DNA of 64,000 nucleotides from Anthoceros angustus (lineage: Eukaryota > Plantae > Anthocerotophyta), in the NCBI GenBank assembly GCA_010909165.1, contig MU008218.1, positions 179,757 through 243,756 of the forward strand, in the 5' to 3' direction. The notes under the pieces were generated by a model. The model saw nothing but the letters and a program-made list of their open reading frames with translations. It was not told the DNA's origin and made no database searches. The position numbers and the translations under genes are program-made. How positions within the stretch are numbered: position 1 is the first letter of the stretch; each line of letters starts with the position of its first letter. Positions 1-11,805 of the stretch are shown piece by piece.

Positions 1-1334
1 GATGGTTTGCGGTTTGCCGAATGTTCTTCCATCCTCAACCAATCCAACCAGGCCGTACACAGTCAATACCATTGATGAACATATCGACATGCTTGTAAGT
101 ATGTTTGATGTGCATACTATGTTTCGCCGACCTGGTCCTGTGGTTTATCGTTCTTGACTTTGGAGACAAGCAGAGAATGTCATTCCGGTTCATGGACGTC
201 TGCGGTTTGTGTATGTGCAGATGGTCTGTCATCACCTCAACAAGAGCATAGCAGAAGACGTTGCTTTCGCAGAGTCCAGGATCCGTGGTGAGACCATAGC
301 TGCAGAGGATATCCTTCATGACATGGGCGCCATCAGCATGATGTCATCTGATTCTCAAGCCATGGGTCGCATAGAGAGGTTGCACAGGATCACTAAACCG
401 TGTGTACAGCTAGCTTGAGGAAAACTCGTTATGTGGAGGTGTGCTCATCAGTTTGACATTGTTTCAGGTTATAACGCGCACGTGGCAGACAGCTCATAAA
501 ATGAAGCAGCAACGGGGACAGCTGCCCGACGCATCAGCTGATGACAATGATAATCTAAGGATCAAGCGTTACATAGCAAAATATACTATTAATCCTGCTA
601 TTGCCCATGGTTTTCCAGGCTTGTTGGATCTGTTGAGGTGTGTACCACTTGTTGAGCTTGATTTAGGATATGTCTCTGGATGTCTCATAAATAGGAATGA
701 ACATCTGTGTCCTGAGTGCAGGTCGGGAAGCTTGCTGATTTAGTCTTATGGAAACCTGCCTTTTCGGACTAAACCGGAAATGGTTATAAAGGAGGAGTTA
801 TTGCCTGGGCTCAAATGGGTGATGCCAATGCAAGCATTCCAACTCGGAACCTGTATGTGTCATTGTGCTTCAGCCTGTTGAAAATTACGTGTCTTGATTC
901 TCGTCTCGGCTGTACTGCAAGCGCTGATCATTTTGTTGTTGAGAGATATTGCAACAGGTTTTGATGAGGCCGATGTTTGGAGCTTTGGGGAAGGCTGGGA
1001 GCTCACATTCAATCGCTTTTGTTAGCAAGGTATGGCTTTAGTCTTGAACATTTGGGTCTGGCTGCAGTCTATTTAGCGTAGGAATGCTGAAGAGAATCTT
1101 GGGCATTCTCCAGGCTGCCAAGTTGGCTGACGTTAAAGCGGAATATGGACTTCAGAAGCGTGTGGAGGAAATACAGAATGTTAGAAATCTAACCAAAAGG
1201 GACATGAAACTGAATGACTTAACGCCCGACATTGTCATCGACCATGAACATTACACTGTATCCGCCGATGGAGTGATGCTTACTTGCCAGCCTGCTGCCA
1301 CCTGCCACTGACACAAAACTATTTCCTGTTCTAG
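1..1334 (+). CDS. URE: Urease, 3' part. Exons approx <1-94, 221-378, 468-637, 722-852, 958-1029, 1114-1334
   Basis: Exons translate to [25 protein letters not shown] / [22 protein letters not shown]...SSDSQAMGR / [13 protein letters not shown]...[15 protein letters not shown] / [12 protein letters not shown]...[12 protein letters not shown] / LMRPMFGA / ...[10 protein letters not shown], the conserved urease alpha-domain C-terminus. All five introns are GT-AG (84-126 nt). A few 1-nt indels at homopolymers. Confidence 0.97.
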
Positions 1335-1352
1335 TTTAATTCTTCTGTTGCG

Positions 1353-1442
1353 ATGAGGACTGATCCTGACGATTGTGCAGCTCTGGACAAAACGCCTGGT
1401 CCAGGGGCCAAGAACCAGTCACTGAGGTACCTGATCCTTTAA
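1353..1442 (+). promoter_or_regulatory. Candidate 29-codon upstream ORF whose TAA overlaps the UreF ATG (TAATG)
   Basis: ATG at 1353, open to TAA at 1440-1442; UreF ATG at 1442-1444. Could instead be an N-terminal extension of UreF broken by one sequencing indel. Confidence 0.35.
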
Positions 1443-2160
1443 TGGGTACCTCGGCTCGAGCAAGCCATGAAAGTGATGTCAAACATCTTCCATTGGAGTG
1501 GAGTGTGTGGCAGCTGCTTGATTCCCTACTGCCAACAGGTGGATTTGCTCATTCCTACGGTCTGGAGGTTGCTGCGCAAACTCATCTGGTAGCGGATGCT
1601 ACCTCACTTGAAGACTTTATCACATCATCTCTGGAGGGAGTAGGTGCTCTGATGCTGCCGTTTATTTATTGTGCTCACAAGCAGCCAAGGACAGACTCTT
1701 GATTCAGTTAGACCAACTGTTTCATGCAACGCTGACGAACCAAGTTGGAAGAAAGGCATCGTTGGCTCAAGGAGCTGCCCTTCTGCGAGTGGCTGCCACG
1801 GTGTTTGTAGATATTGCAGAGTTGCCGACCATGCGTGCTACTGCCAGGAAGCCCGGCACAGTGCATGTCCATTACGCACCCATGTATGGAGTTTTATGTG
1901 GCCTTCTTGGATGGGATTCCATGACTGCCCAACGATCTTTCCTGTTCTTAACACTTAGGATATTCTGTCAGCTGGGACGCGGTTGAATGTGGTAGGTCCT
2001 TTGAAGCAGCGTTCCTGCAGCACCGGCTTTCTAAAGTTGCAGAAGCTGTCCTGAAGAAGTATGCAAATCGGCCAGCTGAAGATGCACATCAAACATCGCC
2101 TCTACTGGATACAGTTCAAGGCTGTCATTCTCATCTATTTTCACGGCTCTTTGCTCTTAG
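1442..2160 (+). CDS. UREF: Urease accessory protein F, intronless, about 240 aa after correcting indels
   Basis: WSVWQLLDSLLPTGGFAHSYGLE, LTNQVGRKASLAQGAALLRVAA, FLFLTLRD, and C-terminal SPLLDTVQ...LFSRLFCS* (TAG ending 2160) match plant UreF. Confidence 0.93.
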
Positions 2161-2343
2161 GTGACGGTTCTAGGGGTTTGAGAGGAGAGTTTGTGCAAAC
2201 TGGGTTGTTTCTACCTTTGGTTCCTGTGCGTCAACTTCTGCCAGGACTGTGACAGGAAGCTGCGGCTTTGCCTGCCTGCGCGAGATATTCAGGTGGTGCG
2301 GTGACAGACTGCCGGAGTAGCTACAGGATATTTTGCGTTTGTG

Positions 2344-3110
2344 TCAGGTTTCAATTGGTTTTCTCTCTCTCGACGCTTGCATGCTGTATCCGCTTGTGTC
2401 TCTTATGGCGTCCACAATGCCATTGTACCCGTTTTCGGTCGATCTAAAACTTCGCGGCCATACCGGGATACCAAAGAATCCTCTTGTCTCAAGAAATGAA
2501 AGGTGTTTGAAATGCAATTCGTTGGATGTTGGTGCTTTTTCACGTTCCGTTGCCTCCTTCCCTGTGTAGGTAAGAATGCACCACAGATCGGGTTCTTTGG
2601 TCTCATTTTTGTTTGTGTGGATTGCGACCCAGTTCAGCACCACTCTCAGCTGAACAGATCTGTCGAACTGTGACGAACATACTTGAAATCTGGTGAAGGG
2701 ACCTGCCTTTCATAAGCACTGAGGCTCTCACGAAGCTTAATTCCCAACCGGAGATGATTTGGACTTGTTTTCACCTTCCTTGGCGTTGTGTATGCTGCAA
2801 CCATAAATTCTCAGCAATATGCAGTTTTCAATGCGCCAGCCAACCACAACGTAGTGGACTGGGTGGATGAGCGTGTGGCATCGGCCTCGCGACGTCTGAC
2901 ATTTTTGTTGAGTGGTTCCACCACATTCGAAAGATGCAGCCTGGGTGACATTTTCACGGAAGCACTTGTTGGTTCTCAATGGTATTCCGCAGCAAAAGTG
3001 TTGTAGCAAAATTGCAAATCCGTGAAGAGGCAAATCCCAGCCAGGCCATAGGGTTAGATTAGCGTGTCATGTTGGCACACACAAGCAATGTATGGCGACG
3101 GTTGGATGGA
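2344..3110 (-). pseudogene. Unidentified coding-like remnant, paralogous to 9739-10266
   Basis: Motif WDLPLHGFAIL..HF.CG.PLRTNKC.RENVT.A.SFECGGTTQ is shared with the diverged copy at 9739-10266; family not recognised. Confidence 0.35.
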
Positions 3111-3373
3111 TAGTTATCATGTAGGACAAAGAAGAAACCTTGAGCTTTGAAAAGGTATGCCAACCTTCTACAAAAATTAGTGCAATATCATCACCCTAGT
3201 GCTCATCCACCGAGGCTCAACGGACATTTGTGGTTCCATTCAGTTTTGTCCAAAGGGGTTCAGCCCGTGGACTGCCTCCCGAATAAAGAAATCGGATCGT
3301 TGAACCAAACTCAACCACATACTTTTCATTCTATGATTCAAGCAGTGGATGCGGTTGGATGTGGTTGTCTCTG

Positions 3374-3610
3374 GGTGTAATAACCGTTGGCTGCGGCTTG
3401 AAATATAATTCGTTGAATTTTGGTGCTTTATCATATTCTTTTCCTGTAGGCCAAGAATTCACCACAAATAGGCTTCTTTGATCTCATTTTCGCTTGTGTG
3501 GATGGCGACCTAGCTCACTCCATTCTCGATTGAACATATCTGTAGGTGTAATAACCTTTGGTTGCGGCTTGAGATATAATTCGCTGAATTTTTGCTTTAT
3601 CGTATTCTTT
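3374..3610. repeat. Short tandem duplication (about 171-bp unit); second unit interrupted by the copia insertion and continuing at 9739
   Basis: GGTGTAATAACC...TATCATATTCTTTTCCTGTAGGCCAAGAATTCACC at 3374-3460 recurs from 3545 up to ATTCTTT (3610) and resumes as CTTTTCTGTATAGGCCAAAAATTCACC at 9739. Confidence 0.8.
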
Positions 3611-3788
3611 TGTGAATAAAAGCTGTAATCACAATAATGAGAATTAAAATATTATGAATATACATGAGGGCTTATATAGCAAAACTGTCTAAGGTTGTGT
3701 CGCTCAAGTTAACCTAATTATTTATTAGATAACTAATATCTAATAGGCTTCGTTTATAAGGAGAACCGTAGAGATTCTCCTTCCAACA
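3611..3788 (-). repeat. 3' LTR of copia element
   Basis: TGTGAATAAA...TTCCAACA, matches 9558-9738. Confidence 0.93.
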
Positions 3789-4269
3789 CGCCCGTAACGG
3801 AACGCACGCTTGTTAGTGGAGTGTGGCGGCGTAACGATGCCAAGCTCCATAGCTCAATGCCTCGCACTCGCTCCTTCGTGATTGCCACTTATCTCTTGTA
3901 CCAAAGACCGCGCGATGAGCAAAGAAAGAGCGACGTGGGAGGATGCGGAGGCGAGAGACGATGCGGTCGTCACCCGGATACAAGCGTTACCGAACAGCGA
4001 TGGCAAATTGCTGGCTGGGAGTGGCAGCTGCAACTCTGGCTGACTGTGAAGAAGCTTGACGCCATCCCAGCACTGCATCCTGAAGAGGAGTTACGCGCGC
4101 AATTCAAGTGTGCCGCTGCAAGCCCACTGCCTCAAGACAGCTAAGTACTCTAGTAGCTGCAGTATGCGATTGGGTTTGAGCTTGTTGCTTCATCCACCAT
4201 AATCTGCAATGGTCAAAAGTCCATAGAGATTGGAGTCCGTGAGGCGGGCATCGCCCTGCTCCATGTGTT

Positions 4270-7200
4270 GATAATGCTTGCTAGCGGTGACACTTCATCG
4301 TAATGTCGGCGTGTTTAGTGCATCGACACATGCCGGATTCTCACATGCGGCTCCGCAGTGTCGGATAAAGTGATGATGCACTTCGATGTGCTTTGTACGC
4401 GCATGAAACCGAGGGTTTGCGGCACGCAATGGTAGACATGTTGTCACAAGAATAGGAGTAGGGTCATGTGATGAATACCAAGGCCCGAACTGCGTTCCCA
4501 GACAGCCTCTTTAGCGCTCCTACGCTTTGTATTCACCGGTGGAGGACAAAGCCCAAGATTGCTTCTTCGAGCTCCAGGTGACAGTGGAATTCAAAGTGAA
4601 GCAATATGCCGAGATGCTTCGTCGGCATCGGGTCGTGGCCTAGTCGGCATCGTAGTAACCACACAAGGTAGGTGCTTGCCTCGCCCCAGGCAGGCCATAT
4701 TGCTGAGTGCCTTTTAGGTATCGGAGGACCCTCTTAACCGCACTCCGATGCGGGGCCGATTGTCGGCGGGAGGCGAGCTCACACTCGAATATGCGGCCTT
4801 GTCCGGCCTTGTCCAAGAATCGATGTAATTGAGGCAGCCCACGGCATGGCGATAGGAACTGAGCCATGGCACAGCGCTCCTCATCTGTCTGTGGACACGA
4901 TCATGAGACAACCCGAGGCCGGCAACACGGGGGTGGACATAGGTTTGGCGTGTCCGATGAAAACGGTCACGGAGTTTCGATATATTTAGCTTGATGAAGC
5001 ATAAGGGAGCCAGCTTCCAGATCACGAACAAGTTGGACACCGAGGACAAAGGTAAGAGCTCCAATGTCTTTCATGTCAAATTTTTGGCGAAGCATGTCTT
5101 TAACCGAGGATAACAAGCCTTGGTCGTTGGATGCGAGGATGGCATCACGACATACAAAGCAAGAATCACAAGGGAACCATCCTTGCTTTGTAAAATACAC
5201 GTTTGCATCACTGTGGTTTTGAATGAAACCAATAGAGCGAAGGTACTTGTCAATTGTTTTGTACCATTCTCGTGCATTGCTTTAACCCGTAGATAGTCTT
5301 CTTCGGATGGCGGACCCAATCCGGGTGCTTAGGGTCTATAAAACCCTCGGTTGGGACATATATATGTCCTCCTCCAACTCACCGTATAAAAATGCCGGGG
5401 CGTCCATCTGTGGAGGTCCCAAGCATTTCTTTGCAGTGAGCAAGAATCATACGGATAGGCGGGTCTTCTAGCAGGGGTGAAAGTCTCGAAAGTCTATCCA
5501 CAGGATGGGTGAAACCCACGGCCACGAGCCTCGATTTGTAGCGAGCAATCTCACCACGAGCATTCAACTTGTGCTTGAAGACCCACTTGCGGTGACAACT
5601 TTTCGACCTTTAGGTAAGGGGCACGACTCCCATGTATCGTTTTAATCAAGGAGTCGTGTTAGTCCTTGATAGATGGTATCCAATGTGCCTTGTCACTCCG
5701 GTGGTTGCCTCTCTAAGGTGAGGTTCGAGCTTGAGAAAAAAGCGGAGTGCTCACGGGGACTTGGATTGTGGCATGGATACTCCAGCTCTAGGTCGTCGAA
5801 AATCAATAGAAGCATATGGAGGTTAGTCGCTGCGAGGAGGATTCCTCGTCGTTGAGGATACCGCGTTCTTGGTGACGGCCACGGGGACTTGATCAGTCAT
5901 CCTCAGCGGAAGCAGAATCGGGTAAATTTTCATTCAAACCAGATTACGTAGAGTGAGCAGACATCTTCCACAGCCTAACTCATCAACCTCGTCCTCTGCT
6001 GATCGTTCCGGAAATCGTGTATATCCGGAGCTGGTCCTCATGAGCCAAGTCGGCGGGAGTGCTTCATGGGTAACTAAATCGAGCATGATCATCCGGTGCA
6101 GCAAGGTCATTAGCCCGTGGATGTGCGGGACCTCTCGTGGTTTGGCTTGTTGCGGGGGCATCAATAAAAACAACACCGGTGAATCATCTTGTGGGAATTC
6201 GGATGAAGCTTCCATATCATCAAGTCTACATGAGTAACACGTTATTTATCGGACGTGATCAAAGTATGGCTTGGCGGGACATGCGAGCTCCTTGAAAGTC
6301 ACACTTCTTGCAAAACCGCGGTCAAGGTAAGTGGATCAATCACTTATAAGCTTTACTTCTTCTCCATATCCCACGAAGACAAGTGGTGCTCGGTCTTCTA
6401 ATTTCAGCCGCCGCTCTTCATGGATGTAGGCATATCTTTGAGCCGAATACCCTCGGATGGGAGACTAGGCTTCCTACGCCATATCACCTCAAATGGGGTC
6501 CGCCATCCACAAGACTAGTCGAGCCTGCTTAAGAGATAAGTCGGCGTGACCCGCCTCACCCAAGTATGCCTTGCTTAAGCCCGCCCATTCTAACATCTGC
6601 GTGTCATGCCCAGGAGTAGTTGATTCGCTCAACACCGTTACCTGCTGAGTATAAGGGACAATCAGTACACCTCTTTCCAACAAGAATCGGTTGAAGTGGG
6701 CGTGAGTGAATTCGCCCAGATTGTCATCTGACGAATTTGTTGTAACAAACACCACGTTTGTCTCTCCGCCATCACCAACCATTCCTTAAATACTTGAAGG
6801 TATCGGACTTCAACCTAAGTGGGTAAGTCCAGAATAGCGACTAAAGTCGTGGGTGATGGTAAGGTAGTATAGGGCGCCGCCTAGAGAGGAATATGTATCT
6901 TGCAGATATGCTGCATGTACTAACTCTAATACTTGTGATGCTCGATGAGCCAGATCGAGGAAAAGGAAGTTCCTTTGTGGCTGATTACGAGCATCACAAA
7001 GAGGTAAGTCTTTAAAACATTTCGCAAGGGCTCTCTATAGCATTGTGAGACATCTTTATGACTTATCTTTATTAGCATGACCTAATCGGCATGCCATAAA
7101 CTAGCTTAAGACTGTGATAGATAAGTAGCATGCCTGACTGGAGGGATGCATGTGAGATCAAGCTGGTACAAGTCATGAAAGAGATGTCCTTTAGCTACGA

Positions 7201-8430
7201 CTGTCCTTCCCCTCGCTTCTTAAGTGCACAACTATGAGAAGTGAAAAGAGGTCGTACTCTGGAGGACAATAATTGACCCGAAAGTAGATGCTTGGCCATA
7301 AGAGGTACATGCAGGGCGTTGTCAAGATGGAGGATGGACCCATCGTTCAACCGAAAGCGACATGTACCGCACCCGACAATATCGCAGAGATCTTGGTAAG
7401 TTCCCCAATAACTTTATCCGATGTACGAGAGGGTCTCAGAGTGAATGAGCGCACTCCTATCATTGCGGATGTGAGAGGTTGCTCAATCTAAATACCAATC
7501 GGCGGGAAGGAGGATTTGCGAAGACGTGCAAAACAGCGATCATGAATGGAGGTTTGTTGGAAGTTGAGAAGTCTTGGCGGCGTGGGCCTCGACTGCTTTG
7601 GCTTCTCGACCGAGCACTTGACTTTCTTCTTCCGAGTCTCTCTCAGGCCTTATGCCACACATTACCTGTAACCAGCCCTTGGAGGAAGGACCGGAAGGTG
7701 AGTCACCGGTCGATCGACCCTTCCGTCCTTTCTCAAACTTGTTTCCTTTGGTATAAAGAACCTCGTCGGTTTTGTTTTCCACCATGTGGTGTGGAATAAA
7801 GCCCACTTTGTTCCTCTTGCGGAGAGCACCAATTACGCCGACAAGATCGATTAGAGGTGCCGTGCTGACCTTATGCCTTGTGAATGGAAGATCCATAGCC
7901 GGGCAGATATGCGTAGCCGGGTGGTAGCAGTGAGGAGTTGGGCAACGGCGTCAACTCGAGCGAGATCCTAAGTTCAGAGCTGGGCCCTTAAGCGCCGAAA
8001 CTTCACGACGAAAGGTCCCACCTTCTCGCCTTCTTTAAGTCTCATTAGCTTGAGTTCTCCACGGATTGCACATGCGTAAGTATGTTCTTTGCCTCGTCGT
8101 TTGCGATAGTTGTGTCCGGTTCGTTGGAGTCTTCCGGGTAAGCCACATCGAGGGAGTACCTCATCAAGACCACTAATCAAGACCGTGACGAGCCACATGA
8201 TTCAGTTATCCCACTTCGATTTCATCCACCGGAGCGATGAATCTTTGGTTTAGGAATGGAGCCACTAACAATGCCCCACACGTGCACAGAGCGGCATCTT
8301 GAACACGCCATCCATGGAACTTCGTGCCATTAAAGCGGTCTTTCTCCTTAAATTCCATTGAGAAAGAGGCGGAGCGGGGATAATGTATATGGGTGGAAGA
8401 GGTGGCGACCACTCCTCCTCCTGCGCCTCA
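4270..8430 (-). pseudogene. Copia gag-pol (frameshifted in this sequence)
   Basis: DRFNGTKFHGW (gag N-terminus), LKLMRLKEGEKV..FVVKFRRLRAQL, integrase LELVHADIC...LGGALYYLTIT..FSRY and DNLGEFT, RT KWVFKHKLNARGEIARYKSRLVAVGFT and FDMKDIGALTFVLG, RNase H CGYYDAD and HIEVHHHFIR. Confidence 0.92.
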
Positions 8431-9544
8431 CCTCTGCCTGCCTCCACCTCCATCGACCCCTCCCAGCCATGCAGGGCGTATTACATGTAAAAAATTATCA
8501 GCGCACAAGGGTGATGTAGGGGAAACAAGGCAATTCTTCTCGTAATATGTCTCGCAATGCTGAAGAGTGGAGCGGCGAAGGGTGCGAGGCAACTCGGATG
8601 GCACAGGACACCTTTGGGGCGTCTGTGACGGTTAGTCGATGAATGGCGGCGTGGTATATTCGACATGGCGGTTTGCATAATCGCGTCCTGTGGGTTCTTC
8701 TTGCGATGATACCAAGATACAAGGTGCCTCCCGAAGACTTAGCGACAAGCTGGCCATCGACCCCGGTAGCCCTACCGCCCGAAGACGGCGCTTGAAATCT
8801 GGGCTTCGCGGCGAGGCGGCGCCTGGCATCCGTTGAGGTAGAATTCGCGACCAAGTCGTGCGCTGATTTCCTTTGCAATTCGGTCCACAAGGTCATGCAA
8901 TTTTCTAACATCCTCAATCGTTGTTCGCTTATGCTAATGAGGTCAACCGCGGTGAAAGCTCTTGATGGCGCGCAGTTGCACCTCGCCACAGCCGGAATCA
9001 CGGTAAGCAAGGTTGATTACGTAGTGTTCAACCTTTCACTCGGCCGGTAGGCTCCAATTATCTCTGGCGGTGAGTAGCCCGAGATCCGAATGTATCCGCA
9101 AATCGTCCTCACAAAAATCTCGAACTTGGGATGTCGCAGACGTGCACCCGGTTGGAGTCCGGATAAAGGCAACGTGTCTGATTTCTTCACTTGCGTGATT
9201 TTGTATGGTCCTCAAGCTGGTCCTGATGCTTAGTTGTGGGTGATTGCGGGGAGCGAGACGACACTCACAATGAGAACGCCCGTCGAGTCATCTTTAATTA
9301 GGCGACATGATCTGCTGGCAGCGGCCCAGATCCGCGCGGAAGTCTTTGATTTCGCCATACATATTCCTATCAATAATTTCGCTAACGTGGTAATGCGGTG
9401 TAGTGAGAAGGATTCTTCGACACATGATCCCGGAATCACAAATTCGTGATTCAAGGATTCGTGTCCTACAACCTATTCTTACTACATGCACCTACCATAG
9501 CCAAGTACATTGATGTAGATAGTAGAATCAAATCGTGTATCCGA

Positions 9545-9557
9545 GCTCACGATACCA
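9545..9557 (-). promoter_or_regulatory. Primer-binding site (tRNA-Met-like) of copia element
   Basis: Minus strand reads TGGTATCGTGAGC immediately after the 5' LTR, close to canonical TGGTATCAGAGC. Confidence 0.7.
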
Positions 9558-9738
9558 TGTGAATAAAAAGCATTGTAATCACAATAATGAGAATTAAAAT
9601 ATTATGAATATACATGAGGGCTTATATAGCAAAACTGTCTAAGGTTGTGTCGCTCAAGTTAACCTAATTATTTATTAGATAACTAATATCTAATAGGCAG
9701 CGTTTATAAGGAGAACCGAACGGATTCTCCTTCCAACA
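9558..9738 (-). repeat. 5' LTR of copia element
   Basis: TGTGAATAAAAAG...TTCCAACA followed by CTTTT. Confidence 0.93.
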
Positions 9739-10266
9739 CTTTTCTGTATAGGCCAAAAATTCACCACAAATAGGCTTCTTTGATCTCATTTTCGTTTGTG
9801 TGGATGGCGACCACTCCATTCTTAGTGAACATGTCCGAATTGTGATGAGTAAACCGGCAAGGCAAAGAGACCACTGTCATAAGCACTCGAGGCTCTCACG
9901 AAGTCTAGCTCCCAAATCGTAGATGATTTGAACATTTATTTCACTTTCCTTGGTGTTGTGTGTGTTGCAACCATAAGGTCACAGTATATAGTTTTCAATC
10001 TTGACCAAGCACAACCTCGTGGGCTGTGCGGATGAGTGTGTAACCATATGACGTTTGACATTGTTATTGAGTGGTTCCACCACATTCGAAAGATTGCGCC
10101 TAGGTCACATTTTCACGGACGCACTTGTTGGTTCTCAATGGTACTCCGCAACCAAAGTGTTTCGCCAAAATTGCAAATCCGTGAAGAGGCAAATCCCATC
10201 TTGGCCATAGGATTAGAGTAACGTGTCATGTTGGCACACACAAGCAATGTATGGTGACGGTTGGAT
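9739..10266 (-). pseudogene. Second, diverged copy of the unidentified remnant at 2560-3105
   Basis: Long collinear similarity, e.g. GAGTGGTTCCACCACATTCGAAAGAT and CAAAATTGCAAATCCGTGAAGAGGCAAATCCCA in both; contains in-frame stops. Confidence 0.5.
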
Positions 10267-11805
10267 GTGTTTGTGTATAGGTATTGCAACCATTAGTTCT
10301 TGGTACCAGACAAAAGCTTGAGAGGAACATCCGGTAGGTTTCAAAGCCACGCTTTCCTGTGTCACTAATTTGACCTCAAATGCGTTCGCCGCCCAAGGAG
10401 CTATGGAGAGAGTGAAATTGAAGGCCCACCTATTGCAAATTTTTGATGCAGCATGAAATCAAGGTAGAACATGGAGTGCGATCATGAGCACACCATGATG
10501 GTGCTTGCAAAAGCTTTATGCGAGCTAAGTTGAAGGTCACAACTAACGAGGTCTAATATATAGAGCATGTCACGCCACTCGTTGATGGTGAGGAGTATAT
10601 AGCCAAGACAATAGTCTTCACTCCCCGCAATGTATGGCTCAGCCAAAAATGGCTGAGGTGGAGGAGACAAAATGAGGTGGAGACCAAACATTTTTGGGGG
10701 CGGAATGGAGCCACAGTGAAGAGCGGGAGTGAAGAATGGAGAGCCAATAATATAGGTGAAAATGGAGAGCCAACATGAGTGAACCTATCGGGCTTATACT
10801 TCACTCAAACGTAATATATTCTCTAATATTCTCGTACTCTTTATGTTCGTCTATTAAAAGATAAGTTAAATAAGGATTTGAAGTACAATATATGGTGCAT
10901 ATAAAATAAAGAGTTAACGATAGGTACCTTTCATTGAAAAATTGAGGATTAAGTTAGTGAAGTATTAGTTAGCTAATTTGATCATCAATAAAAAAAACTG
11001 ATTAACATAGTGATAATAAATCTTCATATGAACTTCAATAAAATAAAAATTAATTGAACCATCGATGACATACATGGTTGTCGAGAAAAATATAAAAGCT
11101 TGTTCTATATATGTAACGCTATACCTTCATTAATCATCACAAATTTTTGATGTCAATATGGATGCCATAATTGCTAGAAAAGTTATAGATGATATTATGC
11201 CCTATGAGAAAAAAATAAATTATTATTTCGTAGATGCACTATTTGTACATGAAACTTTCTATGAACCACAAAACAAAGAGAATAAGAAGGTATATTAACA
11301 TTCTTCACCTTTTTATAATATTTTATTTTATTTCTTTGTTTTTCTTCCTTACGTAAGGCTATGATTGATTGCGCATACCTTAAGCGATATGAGTTTATAG
11401 GGATTTTGTGTTAAGTTTCTTGATCTCAACATTCTTCTACGAAAATTATCCGGACGTACATTCGCACGTTAAGCGATATCACGCAGTGAATAACGGCCAC
11501 TTGGCTACTATTTGTGTGAAACAAGGTATTGTTAGATACTTTGTATACATGTTTGAATCTATTGTATAAAACAAGCAACTGTTAGATACTATGTATGCAT
11601 GTTTGAATCTTTGTATGAAACAAAATCCGTTAGATACCATGTATACATACTTGAATCTATTGAATGAAATACGGTACTTTTAGATACTTTGTATACATGC
11701 TTCATCTATTGCTTCATGCCTTCATGTTTGCTATTATGACGAATGTGTAAAGGATCCTCACTTGCTACTTTGTATGTTTAAAGGTATTCAATGCTTTCGT
11801 CATAG

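Larger units (their letters stand above)
3611..9738 (-). mobile_element. Full-length Ty1/copia LTR retrotransposon
   Basis: Near-identical ~180-bp LTRs at 3611-3788 and 9558-9738 (TG...CA), TSD CTTTT (left copy reads TCTTT, one T short), PBS-like TGGTATC next to the right LTR, gag-PR-INT-RT-RH in copia order on the minus strand. Confidence 0.95.

Noticed and set aside
1-2160. Frameshifts in urease and UreF read as pseudogenisation
   Set aside because: They are single-base indels mostly at homopolymers, splice sites and motifs are intact, and similar indels occur throughout the window, so sequencing error is more likely.
1-2160. Bacterial ure operon (contaminant or recent horizontal transfer)
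   Set aside because: Urease has five GT-AG spliceosomal introns here, UreF is plant-type, and the context is plant retrotransposons.
3790-4260. env-like ORF in the copia 3' region
   Set aside because: Only short ORFs, with no convincing transmembrane or conserved pattern.
10332-10360. Helitron 3' end (minus-strand hairpin AAAGC-GTG-GCTTT near the block boundary)
   Set aside because: Stem is only 5 bp, the terminus is CTAC not CTRR, and no Rep/helicase motifs were found.
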